This document shows, one piece after another, positions 52,203 to 64,000 of a stretch of 64,000 bases of DNA; position 1 is the first letter of the stretch; each line of letters starts with the position of its first letter. Made by a program: the position numbers and the translations under genes. Source of the DNA: an uncultured Candidatus Rokubacteria bacterium. GTDB lineage: Bacteria > Methylomirabilota > Methylomirabilia > Rokubacteriales > CSP1-6. The notes beneath the pieces are model-generated. The model saw nothing but the letters and a program-made list of their open reading frames with translations. It searched no databases and was not told the DNA's origin. The stretch spans positions 416,001-480,000 of the forward strand of contig CAVWWD010000008.1 of assembly GCA_963758635.1 (NCBI GenBank), in the 5' to 3' direction.

Positions 52203-54110
52203 ATGCGCGGACGCCGCCGCGAGCCGGCCGCTGCGACGGCCCGGCCCGCGACGCAGCGCGCACGCTGGCCGCCGCGCTGGCGATCGTCGTGGCGGCGCGC
52301 TCGCTCCGGCGCCGTCGTCGGCCCAGAGCGTGCGGGACCCCGCGCTCGAGGTGCGGCTCGTCGCGAGCGGCCTCGGCAGCCTCACCACCATGGCCTTCAT
52401 CGGCCCCTCGGACTTCCTCGTGCTGCAGCGGCTGGACGGCCGGGTCCGCCGCGTGACCGGAGGAACCGTCCAGACGGACGCGGTGCTGGACCTGGGCGTC
52501 GACCGCGACTCCGAGCGCGGGCTGCTCGGGATCGCCGTGCACCCGGCGTTCCCCGCCACCCCGCACGTGTACCTCTATCGTGACCGAGAGCAGCACGGGT
52601 GGCGACACCGACGGCGCGCCGCCCCCGAACGCGAACCGCGTGTACCGCTACACGTGGGACGGCGCGCGGCTCGTGAGCCCGCTCCTGATCCTGAACCTGC
52701 CCGTCACGCCCGGGCCGAATCACGACGGCGGCGTGATCGCCTTCGGCCCCGACGGAAAGCTGTACGTGGTGATCGGCGATCTCAACCGCCGCGGCCAGCT
52801 CCAGAACCTGCCGGGCGGGCCCGCGCCGGACGACAGCGGCGTGATCCTGCGCGTCAACCCGGACGGCAGCGCGCCGGCGGACAATCCATTCGCCGCGCTC
52901 GGCGGCCCCGTGGCGCGGTACTTCGCCTACGGCATCCGCAACTCGTTCGGGCTGGCGTTCGATCCGGTGACGGGCCGGCTCTGGGACACGGAGAACGGGC
53001 CCAACGAGTACGACGAGGTCAACCTGGTCGCTCCGGGGTTCAACTCCGGGTGGACGCCGCTCATGGGGCCGGATGAGCGGGACCCGCAGTCGGCCGCCGA
53101 CCTGTTCGTGCTTCCCGGGTCCGCGTACAGCGACCCGGAGTTCTCGTGGCGCCAGGTCGTCGCGCCCACCGGCCTCGCCTTCCTCGCGTCGGCGCGGCTC
53201 GGCGCGCAGTACGCGAACCAGCTCTTCGTGGCCGACTTCAATGGCGGCCGGGTCCATCGCTTCGCCCTCGATCCCTCGCGCACGCGCCTGGTCCCGCCCG
53301 GCGCGGGCCTCGCCGACCTCGTGGCCGACACGGCGGCCGAGCGCGACGCCACCGTGTTCGCCGAGGGCTTCCAGGGCATCACGGACCTCAAGGTCGGGCC
53401 CGATGGGCTGCTCTACGTGGTGTCCCACGACGGGTCCATCCACGTGGTGGGCCCGGCGCTGTCCGGGTTCGTGAACGCGTTCTACTCGACCGCGCTCGGG
53501 CGCGCGCCGAGCGGCGGCGAGCTCGCGGCGTGGGTGGACTTCCTCGCCGCCGATCGCGGTCCCGCGGGCGTGGCCGCGATGGCCCGCGCGTTCTTCGGCG
53601 GCGCCGAGTACCTGGCGAGGCCGCTCACGCCTGCGATCCACGTGTCGCGCCTGTTCCAGTCCCTGCTCGGGCGGTCGCCGGCGCCGGCGGAGCTGGCCGC
53701 GTTCGCCGCGGACGTTGTCGCCCGGCTCAACGATCCGGTCGCGTTCTTCGTGTCCGCGCCGGAGTTCCAGGCCCGGCTCGCCGCCGAGGGCCCGGCCGCG
53801 CTGGTCGCGCGCCTGTATCAGGACGTGCTCGGCCGTGCGGCGGCCCCCGCCGAGGTGTCGGCGTGGGCGGGCTTCCTCGCCGCCACCGGGGATGCGCTCG
53901 GGCTCGCGCTGGGGTTCTTCGGCTCTCCCGAGTACCTGGGCACTCCGAGGACGCTGGCCGGCCACGTCCGCGTTCTCTATCGCGGCCTCCTGGGCCGCGA
54001 GCCGACGCGGCGGAGTCAGGCGCGTGGACGGCCTACGTGGCCGCGCAGATCGCCCCGTTCTCGAGGTGGTCGTCGCGAGCGCCGAGTTCCAGTCGCGCTT
54101 CGGCCCGTGA
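52203..54110 (+). CDS. PQQ-dependent sugar dehydrogenase (GSDH) fused to DUF4214-like helical repeats; several apparent frameshifts
   Basis: ERGLLGIAVHPAF, NHDGG.IAFGPDGKLY, YGIRNSFG and ENGP...DEVN; C-terminal LYQDVLGR/FFGSPEY repeats. Confidence 0.75.
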
Positions 54111-54150
54111 GCGCCGGCTCGGGCTCGCCCTTCTTGCTATAGTCCCGCCG

Positions 54151-54474
54151 ATGAGCGCCGAGAAGGTCCTCAGGCGAGCCTGGACCACGCGCGAGGGCTG
54201 GCGCGGCACCGGCGCCGGCATGTGGGCCTGGCTCCTCCAGCGCGGGGCGGCGGTGGCGCTCCTCGTGGTGATCGCGCTGCACCTGTCCAACCCCTTCGTC
54301 CGCCCCGTCCAGGCGTTGCTGCTCGCGCTGGTGCTGCTCCACGCGCTGCTCGGCGTCCGCGCGATCCTGCTGGACTTCGGCCTTCCCCTCCGCTGGCACC
54401 TCGGGCTCCTCGCCGCGGCCCTCGTTCTCGGCGCCGTGACTTTCACGGTGTTCTGGAGCTTCCGGTGGTACTGA
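54151..54474 (+). CDS. Small SdhC/D-like membrane anchor
   Basis: GMWAWLLQR...H...LLHALLGVRAILLDF; 3 TMs. Confidence 0.7.
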   Translation: MSAEKVLRRAWTTREGWRGTGAGMWAWLLQRGAAVALLVVIALHLSNPFVRPVQALLLALVLLHALLGVRAILLDFGLPLRWHLGLLAAALVLGAVTFTVFWSFRWY

Positions 54475-55159
54475 AGGTCTTTCGCTGGGCTCCCGGCGCG
54501 CGGGAGCGCGTGGACGCCTTCGAGGTGGCGCCGCGGGAGGGGCTGACCGTGCTCGACGCCCTCGTGGAGGTCCAGCGCGGGAGCGATCCCACGCTCGCCT
54601 TCCGGTACGCGTGCCGGGTGGGGATGTGCGGCTCCTGCGCGATGGTCATCGACGGGCGCGAGCGCTGGGCGTGCCGGACGCTCGTGGCCCGCCTCGGCGC
54701 GGTCGTGACGGTGCGGCCGCTCTACCACTTCCCGCTGATCCGCGATCTCGTCGTCGACATGACGCCGTTCACCGCGCGCATGCGCCTGGCCGGCGCGGCC
54801 TTCGTGCCCTCCGACACGCCCGAGCCCGAGTTCGCCCGGTGGGCCGCGACAGCGCGGAGCGCCGCGCCATCGACGCCGCCGTCGAGTGCATCGGCTGCGG
54901 CATGTGCCTGTCGGCCTGCACGATGGTCGGCCACAACCCGCGGTTTCCCGGGCCCGCCGCCCTCAACCGCGCCTTCACCCTCCAGATGGACAGCCGCGAT
55001 GGCGCCCACGGGGAGCGCGCCACCCTGCTCCTGTCGGAAGACGCGCTCCTTCGTTGCCACACCCAGGCCAACTGCACGGCCGTCTGCCCGATGGACATCT
55101 CACCCACGGAATCGATCCTCACGCTGCGCCGCCGAGCCGCGCTGGGACGGGAGGCCTGA
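54465..55159 (+). CDS. SdhB/FrdB-like iron-sulfur subunit; apparent frameshift near 54840
   Basis: CRVGMCGSC..C, CIGCGMCLSAC and CHTQANCTAVCP. Confidence 0.88.
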
Positions 55160-55222
55160 TCGAGATCACCATGCCGCGGGACGAGGCTCGGGGGGATCCT
55201 GGCGAGATCAGCGCCGGCCCGA

Positions 55223-55251
55223 TTGACGCTTCGGGAGGGCCATGTTACGGT
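55223..55251 (+). promoter_or_regulatory. sigma70-type promoter of the TCA operon
   Basis: TTGACG-N17-TACGGT with TG in the extended -10 position. Confidence 0.6.
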
Positions 55252-55253
55252 AA

Positions 55254-56428
<1,175 letters not shown>

Positions 56429-56431
56429 CCC

Positions 56432-57274
56432 ATGCGTGACATTCACGTCAGCGGCATCACCGACGCGGTCAAGAAGCTCTGCATGGAGGCGAACTACGAC
56501 CTCGAGCCGGACATGCTGCGCGCCTTCGACCGCGCGCTGGCGACCGAGCGCTCGCCGGCCGGCCGCCAGGTGCTGCAGATCCTCCAGGACAACGCCCGCC
56601 TCGCGCGGACCAAGCACATCCCGTACTGCCAGGACACCGGCTTCGTCGTGTGCTTCGTCGAGGTCGGACAGGACGTCCACGTCAGCGGGGGCGGGCTGGT
56701 CGACGCCATCAACGAGGGCGTGCGGCAGGGTTACACCGAGGGCTATCTCCGCGCCTCCATCGTCAAGTCGCCGTTCGACCGCGTGAACACGGGTGACAAC
56801 ACGCCCGCCGTGATCCACCCCGAGGTCGTGCCCGGCGACGCGCTCCGGATCCAGATCATGGCCAAGGGCGGCGGCTGCGAGAACCGCTCGAAGTACAAGA
56901 TGCTGACGCCGGCCGAGGGCATCGAGGGCGTGAAGGAGTGGATCATCGAGTGCGTGCGGACGGCGGGGCCGGATGCCTGCCCGCCGCTGGTGATCGGGGC
57001 CGGGGTGGGAGGCACGTTCGAGAAGGCGGCCCTCCTGTCCAAGAAGGCGCTCTTCCGGGAGCTCGGCTCTCCCAACCCCGATCCCGTGATCGACGCGCTG
57101 GAGAAGGAGCTGCTCGAGCGGGCGAATCGCCTCGGCATCGGCCCCCAGGGCTACGGCGGCGACACCACCGCGTTCGGGATCCACATCCTCGCGTACCCCT
57201 GCCACATCACGAGCCTTCCCGTGGCCGTCACCATCGAGTGCCACGCGCACCGGCACAAGGAAGTCACGCTTTGA
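56432..57274 (+). CDS. Fe-S (class I) fumarate hydratase, alpha subunit
   Basis: CQDTG, NTGDNTP, KGGGCEN, ACPP and CHAHRH. Confidence 0.92.
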   Translation: MRDIHVSGITDAVKKLCMEANYDLEPDMLRAFDRALATERSPAGRQVLQILQDNARLARTKHIPYCQDTGFVVCFVEVGQDVHVSGGGLVDAINEGVRQGYTEGYLRASIVKSPFDRVNTGDNTPAVIHPEVVPGDALRIQIMAKGGGCENRSKYKMLTPAEGIEGVKEWIIECVRTAGPDACPPLVIGAGVGGTFEKAALLSKKALFRELGSPNPDPVIDALEKELLERANRLGIGPQGYGGDTTAFGIHILAYPCHITSLPVAVTIECHAHRHKEVTL

Positions 57275-57849
57275 TCCGCGCCGGCGCCGACGGCGTCAAG
57301 GACATCGAGACGCCGCTGTCCGACGGCGACGTCGAGTCGCTACGGGCGGGGGACCGGGTCAGGATCACGGGGGTGCTCTACACCGCCCGTGACGCCGCCC
57401 ATGCGCGGCTCATGCCCCTCATGGAGGCGGGCCAGCCGCTGCCCTTCGACGTGCGCGGACAGATCATCTACTACACGGGTCCCTCGCCGGCGCGGCCGGG
57501 CGACGTGGTGGGCTCGGTGGGCCCGACCACCGGGGGGCGCATGGACAAGTTCACGCCGAAGCTCCTCGCCCTCGGTCTCAAGGGCACGATCGGCAAGGGC
57601 GCTCGCTCCCAGCCCGTGAAGGATGCGTTGCGCGCGCACACCGGCGTCTACTTCGGCGCCATCGGGGGGGCGGGGGCCGTGCTGTCGCAGTTCGTCCGGA
57701 AGCTCGAGGTCGTCGCCTACGAGGACCTCGGCACGGAGGCCATCCGCCGGCTCGAGGTGGAGGGCTTCCCCGCCATCGTGGTCAACGACTGCCACGGGGG
57801 CGACCTGTACCAGGACGGCGTCAAGGCCTACGCGCGCGAAGGCGCGTGA
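57271..57849 (+). CDS. Fe-S fumarate hydratase, beta subunit
   Basis: [19 protein letters not shown] and DLGTEAI. Confidence 0.92.
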   Translation: MIRAGADGVKDIETPLSDGDVESLRAGDRVRITGVLYTARDAAHARLMPLMEAGQPLPFDVRGQIIYYTGPSPARPGDVVGSVGPTTGGRMDKFTPKLLALGLKGTIGKGARSQPVKDALRAHTGVYFGAIGGAGAVLSQFVRKLEVVAYEDLGTEAIRRLEVEGFPAIVVNDCHGGDLYQDGVKAYAREGA

Positions 57850-57871
57850 GGACAACGGGGGACCACGGGAC

Positions 57872-59615
57872 ATGGCGGACGAGGCAGCGTACTCCCACGA
57901 CGTCTCTGATCATCGGAGGCGGGGGAGCCGGCCTCCGCGCCGCCATCGCCATCGCGGAAGAGGCCCCGCGCCTGTCCGTGGCCATCCTCTCCAAGGTGTA
58001 CCCGATGCGGAGCCACACCGTGTCCGCGGAGGGCGGGGCGGCCGCGGTGATGCGAGACAACGACAGCTTCGAGATCCACGCCAAGGACACCATCTTCGGC
58101 AGCGACTTCCTCGCCGACCAGGACGTGGTGTGGGCCTTCGTCCAGGAAGCGCCGAAGGAGATGATCCAGATCGAGCACTGGGGCTGCCCGTGGAGCCGCG
58201 AGCCCGACGGGCGGGTCGCCGTGCGCTCCTTCGGGGGCATGACCGTCGACCGCACGTGCTTCGCCGCGGACAAGACGGGCTTCCACATGCTCCACGCGCT
58301 CTTCCAGACCTCGCTCAAGTTTTCGAGCATCGTTCGCTACGACGAGTGGTTCGCCACCTCGCTCATCGTGGACGACGGCGTGGCGGGCGGGGTGGTCGCG
58401 GTGAGCGTCCACGACGGCAGCGTGCGCGCCATCACCGCGAAGGCCGTCATCGTGTGCACGGGCGGGGGCGGGCGGGTGTACCCGTTCACGACCAACGCCG
58501 CCATCAAGACGGGCGACGGGATGGCCCTCTGCTATCGCGCGGGGGTGCCGCTCAAGGACATGGAGTTCGTCCAGTATCACCCGACCGGCCTTCCCGGCAC
58601 GGGCATCCTCATCACGGAGGCGTCACGCGGGGAGGGCGGCCACCTCAAGAACAAGGACGGCTATCGGTACCTCCAGGACTACGGCCTCGGCCCGCCCACC
58701 GACAGCCCGGTGCACCGGAAGATGGAGCTGGGGCCGCGCGACATCCTGTCCCGCTGCCACATCCAGGAGTTCCAGAAGGGGCGGACGTTCGAGGGGCCGC
58801 ACGGACACTACGTGCACCTGGACCTCCGCCACCTCGGCGAGGAGAAGATCGACCGGAAGATCCCGTTCGTGCGGGAGCTCGCCCGGAACTACGTGGGCAT
58901 CGACCCCGTGTACGAGCCGATCCCCGTGCGGCCGGTCGTCCACTACATGATGGGCGGCGTCTCCACCGACATCAACGGCAAGACGATCCTCGACGGCCTC
59001 TGGGCGGCGGGCGAGACGGCGTGCGTGTCCCTGAACGGGGCCAACCGGCTCGGCTCCAACTCGCTGCCCGAGCTGCTCGTGTTCGGGGCGCGCGCGGGCC
59101 GCACCGCCGCCGCCTACGCCCAGGGGAAGGCCGCGCCCAAGGGGAGCCGGGTCGCCGCCCTCGTCGCCGACGAGCGCAAGCGCCTGGACACGCGCTTCCT
59201 GCGCGCCGACGGCCCGGAGCGCATCGCCGACATCCGGGAGACGCTGCAGGCGTCGATGGAGAAGGGCGTCGGGATCTACCGGGAGAAGGGCCTGATGCAG
59301 GAGACGTGCGCGACGGTGCGCACGCTGCGCGACCGCTTCAAGCGCATCGGCCTCGCCGACCGGGGCGCCGTGTTCAACACGGAGCTGCTGACCGCGCTGG
59401 AGCTCGACAGCATGCTCGACGTGGCGGAGGCGGTGGCCAACTCCGCCGTCCTCCGGGAAGAGTCGAGGGGATCGCACACGCGCACCGACTTCCCCAAGCG
59501 CGACGACACGAAGTTCCTCCGGCACTCACTGGCCTACCGCGGGCCGGACGGCCCACGGATCGACTATCTGCCGGTGACGATCACCCGCTGGGCGCCCGAA
59601 GAGCGGAAGTACTAG
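57872..59615 (+). CDS. frdA: Fumarate reductase/succinate dehydrogenase flavoprotein; apparent frameshift near 57905
   Basis: [16 protein letters not shown] (covalent FAD His), [23 protein letters not shown] and [10 protein letters not shown]. Confidence 0.93.
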
Positions 59616-59707
59616 CGGCGGACGGGGCATGAGCGGGTTCACCGGACCTGCGGCCGGTACCGGGTCCACGATCGCTCACGAATGATGCGGACAGGTGAGG
59701 AGGCCCG

Positions 59708-60455
59708 ATGACCGAAGAGACGATCACCCTCGAAGTGAGCCGCTACCGGCCGGGGGAGGATCGCGAGCCCCGGCTGCAGTCCTTCTCCGTGCCGTTCCAC
59801 AAGGACTGGGTGGTGCTCGACGCCCTCAACTACATCAAGGACCGGCTGGACGGCACCCTCACCTACCGGTGGTCGTGCCGCATGGGCGTGTGCGGCAGCT
59901 GCGGCATGATGGTGAACGGCGTGCCCAAGCTCACCTGCTCGGCGTTCCTGCGCGACTACCACCCGGGCCCGATCCGCGTGGAGCCCCTCGCCAACTTCCC
60001 GGTGATCCGTGACGTCGTGGTGTCGATCGACGACTTCATGGAGAAGCTCGTGCGGGTCAAGCCGTGGATCATCCGGCAGGTCGAGAAGCCGGTGGAGGAG
60101 GGCGAGTACCGCCAGAGCCCCGCCCAGCTCGACGCCTTCCGGCAGTTCAGCATGTGCATCAACTGCTTGCTCTGCTACGCGGCGTGCCCGGTGTACGGCC
60201 TCCAGCCCGCCTTCGTGGGGCCGGCGGCGATCGCGCTGGCCTATCGCTACAACCTGGACTCGCGCGACGAGGGCTACCGCCTGCGCGAGCCCGTGCTCTC
60301 CGACGCCGTCGGCGTATGGGAGTGCACGTTCATCGGCGAGTGCTCGGTGGTGTGCCCGAAGCACGTCGACCCCGCGGCGGCCATCCAGCGGTCGAAGGTG
60401 GACGGGGCCAAGAACTGGGCGCTCTCGATGCTCATGCCGTGGAGGGGGCCGGTGA
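59708..60455 (+). CDS. frdB: Fumarate reductase Fe-S subunit (reads through into frdC as assembled)
   Basis: [24 protein letters not shown] and [17 protein letters not shown]; likely true stop is TGA 60453-60455. Confidence 0.9.
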
Positions 60456-60868
60456 TGGCCACGCACACGACGCCGCAACGTCCCGGCCTCTACTACCCGA
60501 AGATGTCCAACACGTGGTGGCTCAAGCGGCCGAACTACGTCCGCTTCATGATCCGCGAGGCGACGAGCATCTTCGTCGCCGCGTTCCTGGTCGTGCTGCT
60601 CGTGCAGCTCGCCAAGCTCGGGCAGGGACCGGCGGCCTACGCGGACTTCCTCCGGACGCTCGCCTCCCCCGGGTGGATCGCCTTCCACCTGGTGGCCCTC
60701 GCCTTCGCCGTCTACCATTCGTGGACGTGGTTCATGCTCACCGGGGTGGTCCAGGTCGTGAGGCTCGGCGAGACCCAGGTGGCGCCCGGCCTCATCGTGG
60801 CGGGCGCCCTCGCGGGGTGGGGCGGCGTGTCGCTCGTCATCCTCTTCTTCTTCCACCTCTGGGCCTGA
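60455..60868 (+). CDS. frdC: Fumarate reductase membrane subunit C
   Basis: [18 protein letters not shown] and YHSWTWF; 3 TMs. Confidence 0.85.
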   Translation: MATHTTPQRPGLYYPKMSNTWWLKRPNYVRFMIREATSIFVAAFLVVLLVQLAKLGQGPAAYADFLRTLASPGWIAFHLVALAFAVYHSWTWFMLTGVVQVVRLGETQVAPGLIVAGALAGWGGVSLVILFFFHLWA

Positions 60869-60871
60869 GCC

Positions 60872-61216
60872 ATGACGACCAAGACGATGGAGCCGTTCTG
60901 GTGGAGCCTGTTCTCGGTGGGCGGCGTCGTCGCCGCCTTCCTCGTGCCCGTCCACATCATCGTTCACGCCATCGCCATTCCCCTCGGCCTGATCCCGGTG
61001 AGCCCCGAGCGCATGGCCACCCTGGTCGCCCACCCGCTCGTCAAGCTCTACCTGTTCGTGCTGATCGCGCTCCCGCTGTACCACTGGGCGCATCGGTTCC
61101 GCTTCATCCTGGAGGATCTGGGCCTGCACGGGTTCCGCCGGCCGCTCGCCGTCCTGTGCTACGGGCTGGCCATCGCCGGGACCGTGGTGACCGTGCTGGT
61201 GTTGATCAACCTGTGA
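60872..61216 (+). CDS. frdD: Fumarate reductase membrane subunit D
   Basis: EPFWWSLFSVGG and LPLYHWAHR; 3 TMs. Confidence 0.88.
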   Translation: MTTKTMEPFWWSLFSVGGVVAAFLVPVHIIVHAIAIPLGLIPVSPERMATLVAHPLVKLYLFVLIALPLYHWAHRFRFILEDLGLHGFRRPLAVLCYGLAIAGTVVTVLVLINL

Positions 61217-61253
61217 GAGCGCCCGCCCCGGACGACCGCGCGGGCGGCCAGGC

Positions 61254-62422
<1,169 letters not shown>

Positions 62423-62426
<4 letters not shown>

Positions 62427-63301
62427 GCATCCTCGTCGACCGGCGCACCCGCGTCCTGGTGCAGGGCATCACCGGCAAGGAGGGCACCTTCCACGCCCTC
62501 CGCTGCAAGGAGTACGGGACGCAGGTCGTGGGCGGGGTGACGCCGGGCAAGGGCGGCACCACCCACGAGGGGTTGCCCGTGTGGAACACCGTCGAGGAAG
62601 CGGTGGCCGCGTCTGGCGCCGATTGCGCCCTGATCTTCGTGCCCCCCGCGGGAGCGGCCGACGCCATGATGGAGGCCGCCGACGCCGGCGTGCCGCTCGT
62701 CGTGTGCATCACGGAGGGCGTGCCCATCGCCGACATGGTACGGGTCAAGGCCTTCGTGTCTCGGACGGGGAGCCGCCTGATCGGCCCGAACTGCCCCGGC
62801 CTGATCACGCCGGGCCAGGCGAAGATCGGGATCATGCCTGGGCACATCCACAAGGTGGGCGGCGTCGGCGTCGTGTCGCGGAGCGGCACGCTGACCTACG
62901 AGGTGGTCCACCAGCTCACGACCCGCGGCCTCGGGCAGTCGAGCTGCGTGGGGATCGGCGGCGACCCCGTCAACGGCACCAGCTTCATCGACGTGCTCCG
63001 GCTCCTCCAGGACGATCCCGAGACCACCGCCATCATGATGATCGGCGAGATCGGCGGCACCGCCGAGGAGGAGGCCGCCGCCTTCATCCGCGCCCACGTC
63101 ACCAAGCCAGTGGTCGGCTTCATCTGCGGCCAGACCGCGCCGCCCGGCCGTCGCATGGGCCACGCCGGCGCCATCATCGCGGGCGGAAAGGGCACGGCGG
63201 CCGAGAAGATGCGCGCGATGGAAGCGGCCGGCATCACCACCGTCACGAGCCCCGCCGACATGGGCGCCACCGTGGCGCGCGTGCTGGCCGACAAGAGATA
63301 G
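62423..63301 (+). CDS. sucD: Succinyl-CoA synthetase alpha subunit
   Basis: [23 protein letters not shown] and RMGHAGA. Confidence 0.97.
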
Positions 63302-63308
63302 TCGCCCA

Positions 63309-63369
63309 ACGGTTGACTTGCCCGACCGTCGGGCGCCGGAGGCTCTGCGCAGGCGCCCCGACGGCGAAA
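63309..63369. repeat. About 60-bp hairpin repeat, copy B
   Basis: Matches 22566-22625 with a compensatory stem change. Confidence 0.75.
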
Positions 63370-63381
63370 GAGAAAAGATCC

Positions 63382-63807
63382 ATGCCCCTCGAACGCACGC
63401 TGACCATCATCAAGCCCGACGCCGTCGCGAAGAACGCCATCGGAGGCATCGTCGATCGCTTCGAGCGCGCCGGCTTCAAGATCCTGGCCGCCAAGCTCGT
63501 GCGCCTCACCGCCGAGCAGGCCGCGGGCTTCTACATCGTCCACAAGGAGCGGCCGTTCTACGGCAGCCTGTGCGCGTTCATGACGTCGGGCCCCTGCGTG
63601 CCCATCGTCCTCGAGGCCGACAACGCCATCGCCCGCCTGCGGGAGCTGATGGGCGCCACCGATCCCGCGAAGGCCGCCGCCGGGACCATCCGGAAGGACT
63701 TCGCCTCTTCGATCGAGGCCAACGCCGTGCACGGCTCGGATTCGCCGGAGTCCGCCGCGTTCGAGATCCCGTATTTCTTCAGCGCCCAGGAGATCGTGTC
63801 CCGCTAG
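63382..63807 (+). CDS. ndk: Nucleoside diphosphate kinase
   Basis: IIKPDAV, FMTSGP, GTIR and NAVHGSDS. Confidence 0.97.
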   Translation: MPLERTLTIIKPDAVAKNAIGGIVDRFERAGFKILAAKLVRLTAEQAAGFYIVHKERPFYGSLCAFMTSGPCVPIVLEADNAIARLRELMGATDPAKAAAGTIRKDFASSIEANAVHGSDSPESAAFEIPYFFSAQEIVSR

Positions 63808-63913
63808 GACACCCGGAGGGGGCTCTGTCCGGGACCTCGGCCCCTCGACACGTGGCACAGCGCACGGGCATCCTCCGCCCGGGCGCCTGCGCCCACCCGT
63901 CCGGACGGCGGCA

Positions 63914-63949
63914 GGGTGCGGGCGGGCAAAGCCCGCGCGCCCGCACCTG
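63914..63949. repeat. Single REP-like palindrome of the 23271 family
   Basis: ggtgcgggcgggcaaagcccgcgcgcccgcacc. Confidence 0.7.
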
Positions 63950-64000
63950 ATGGACCCCGACTTCCACCCGGCGATCCTCGGAACGCGGCAGCGGGTGATC

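Noticed and set aside
59708..60868. Apparent FrdB-FrdC fusion protein (386 aa)
   Set aside because: The junction has a G-run followed by a TGATG stop/start overlap at 60453-60457; one indel restores separate genes

Overview
Very GC-rich bacterial chromosomal window. The gene content is suggestive of Ca. Rokubacteria / Methylomirabilota, but this is inference only. It has five blocks. (1) 1-17.7 kb: a divergent hopanoid cluster. One arm carries shc, an Mla-type ABC lipid transporter, an inositol-phosphate module (ino1 + nucleotidyltransferase + CDP-alcohol phosphotransferase + HpnL-like protein) and a probable HpnN. The other carries a CruF-like protein, hpnH, hpnG, hpnA, hpnD, two Zn-dehydrogenases and ispH. 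It is followed by a divergent EF-G and thrC. (2) 21-33 kb: a sulfur-oxidation cluster with flavocytochrome c sulfide dehydrogenase, a TauE transporter, a molybdoenzyme with a FeS-NrfD fusion partner, soxY, soxZ, a soxX-soxA fusion and soxB, but no soxCD. (3) 33-37.5 kb: a sigma54 two-component system with a visible -24/-12 promoter and enhancer repeats. (4) 37.5-49 kb: acyl-CoA/flavin catabolic genes plus a VapBC-type pair and a Uma2 nuclease. (5) 49-64 kb: a probable selenocysteine (UxxC) redoxin, an atypical complex-II-like enzyme, and a TCA operon (mdh, fumarase, frdABCD, sucCD, ndk) behind a long structured leader. Several intergenic repeat families are present, including an 86-bp MITE-like element in 4 copies. 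Many genes carry single-base frameshifts that look like long-read indel errors. All product calls come from motif recognition by eye, with no database searches.
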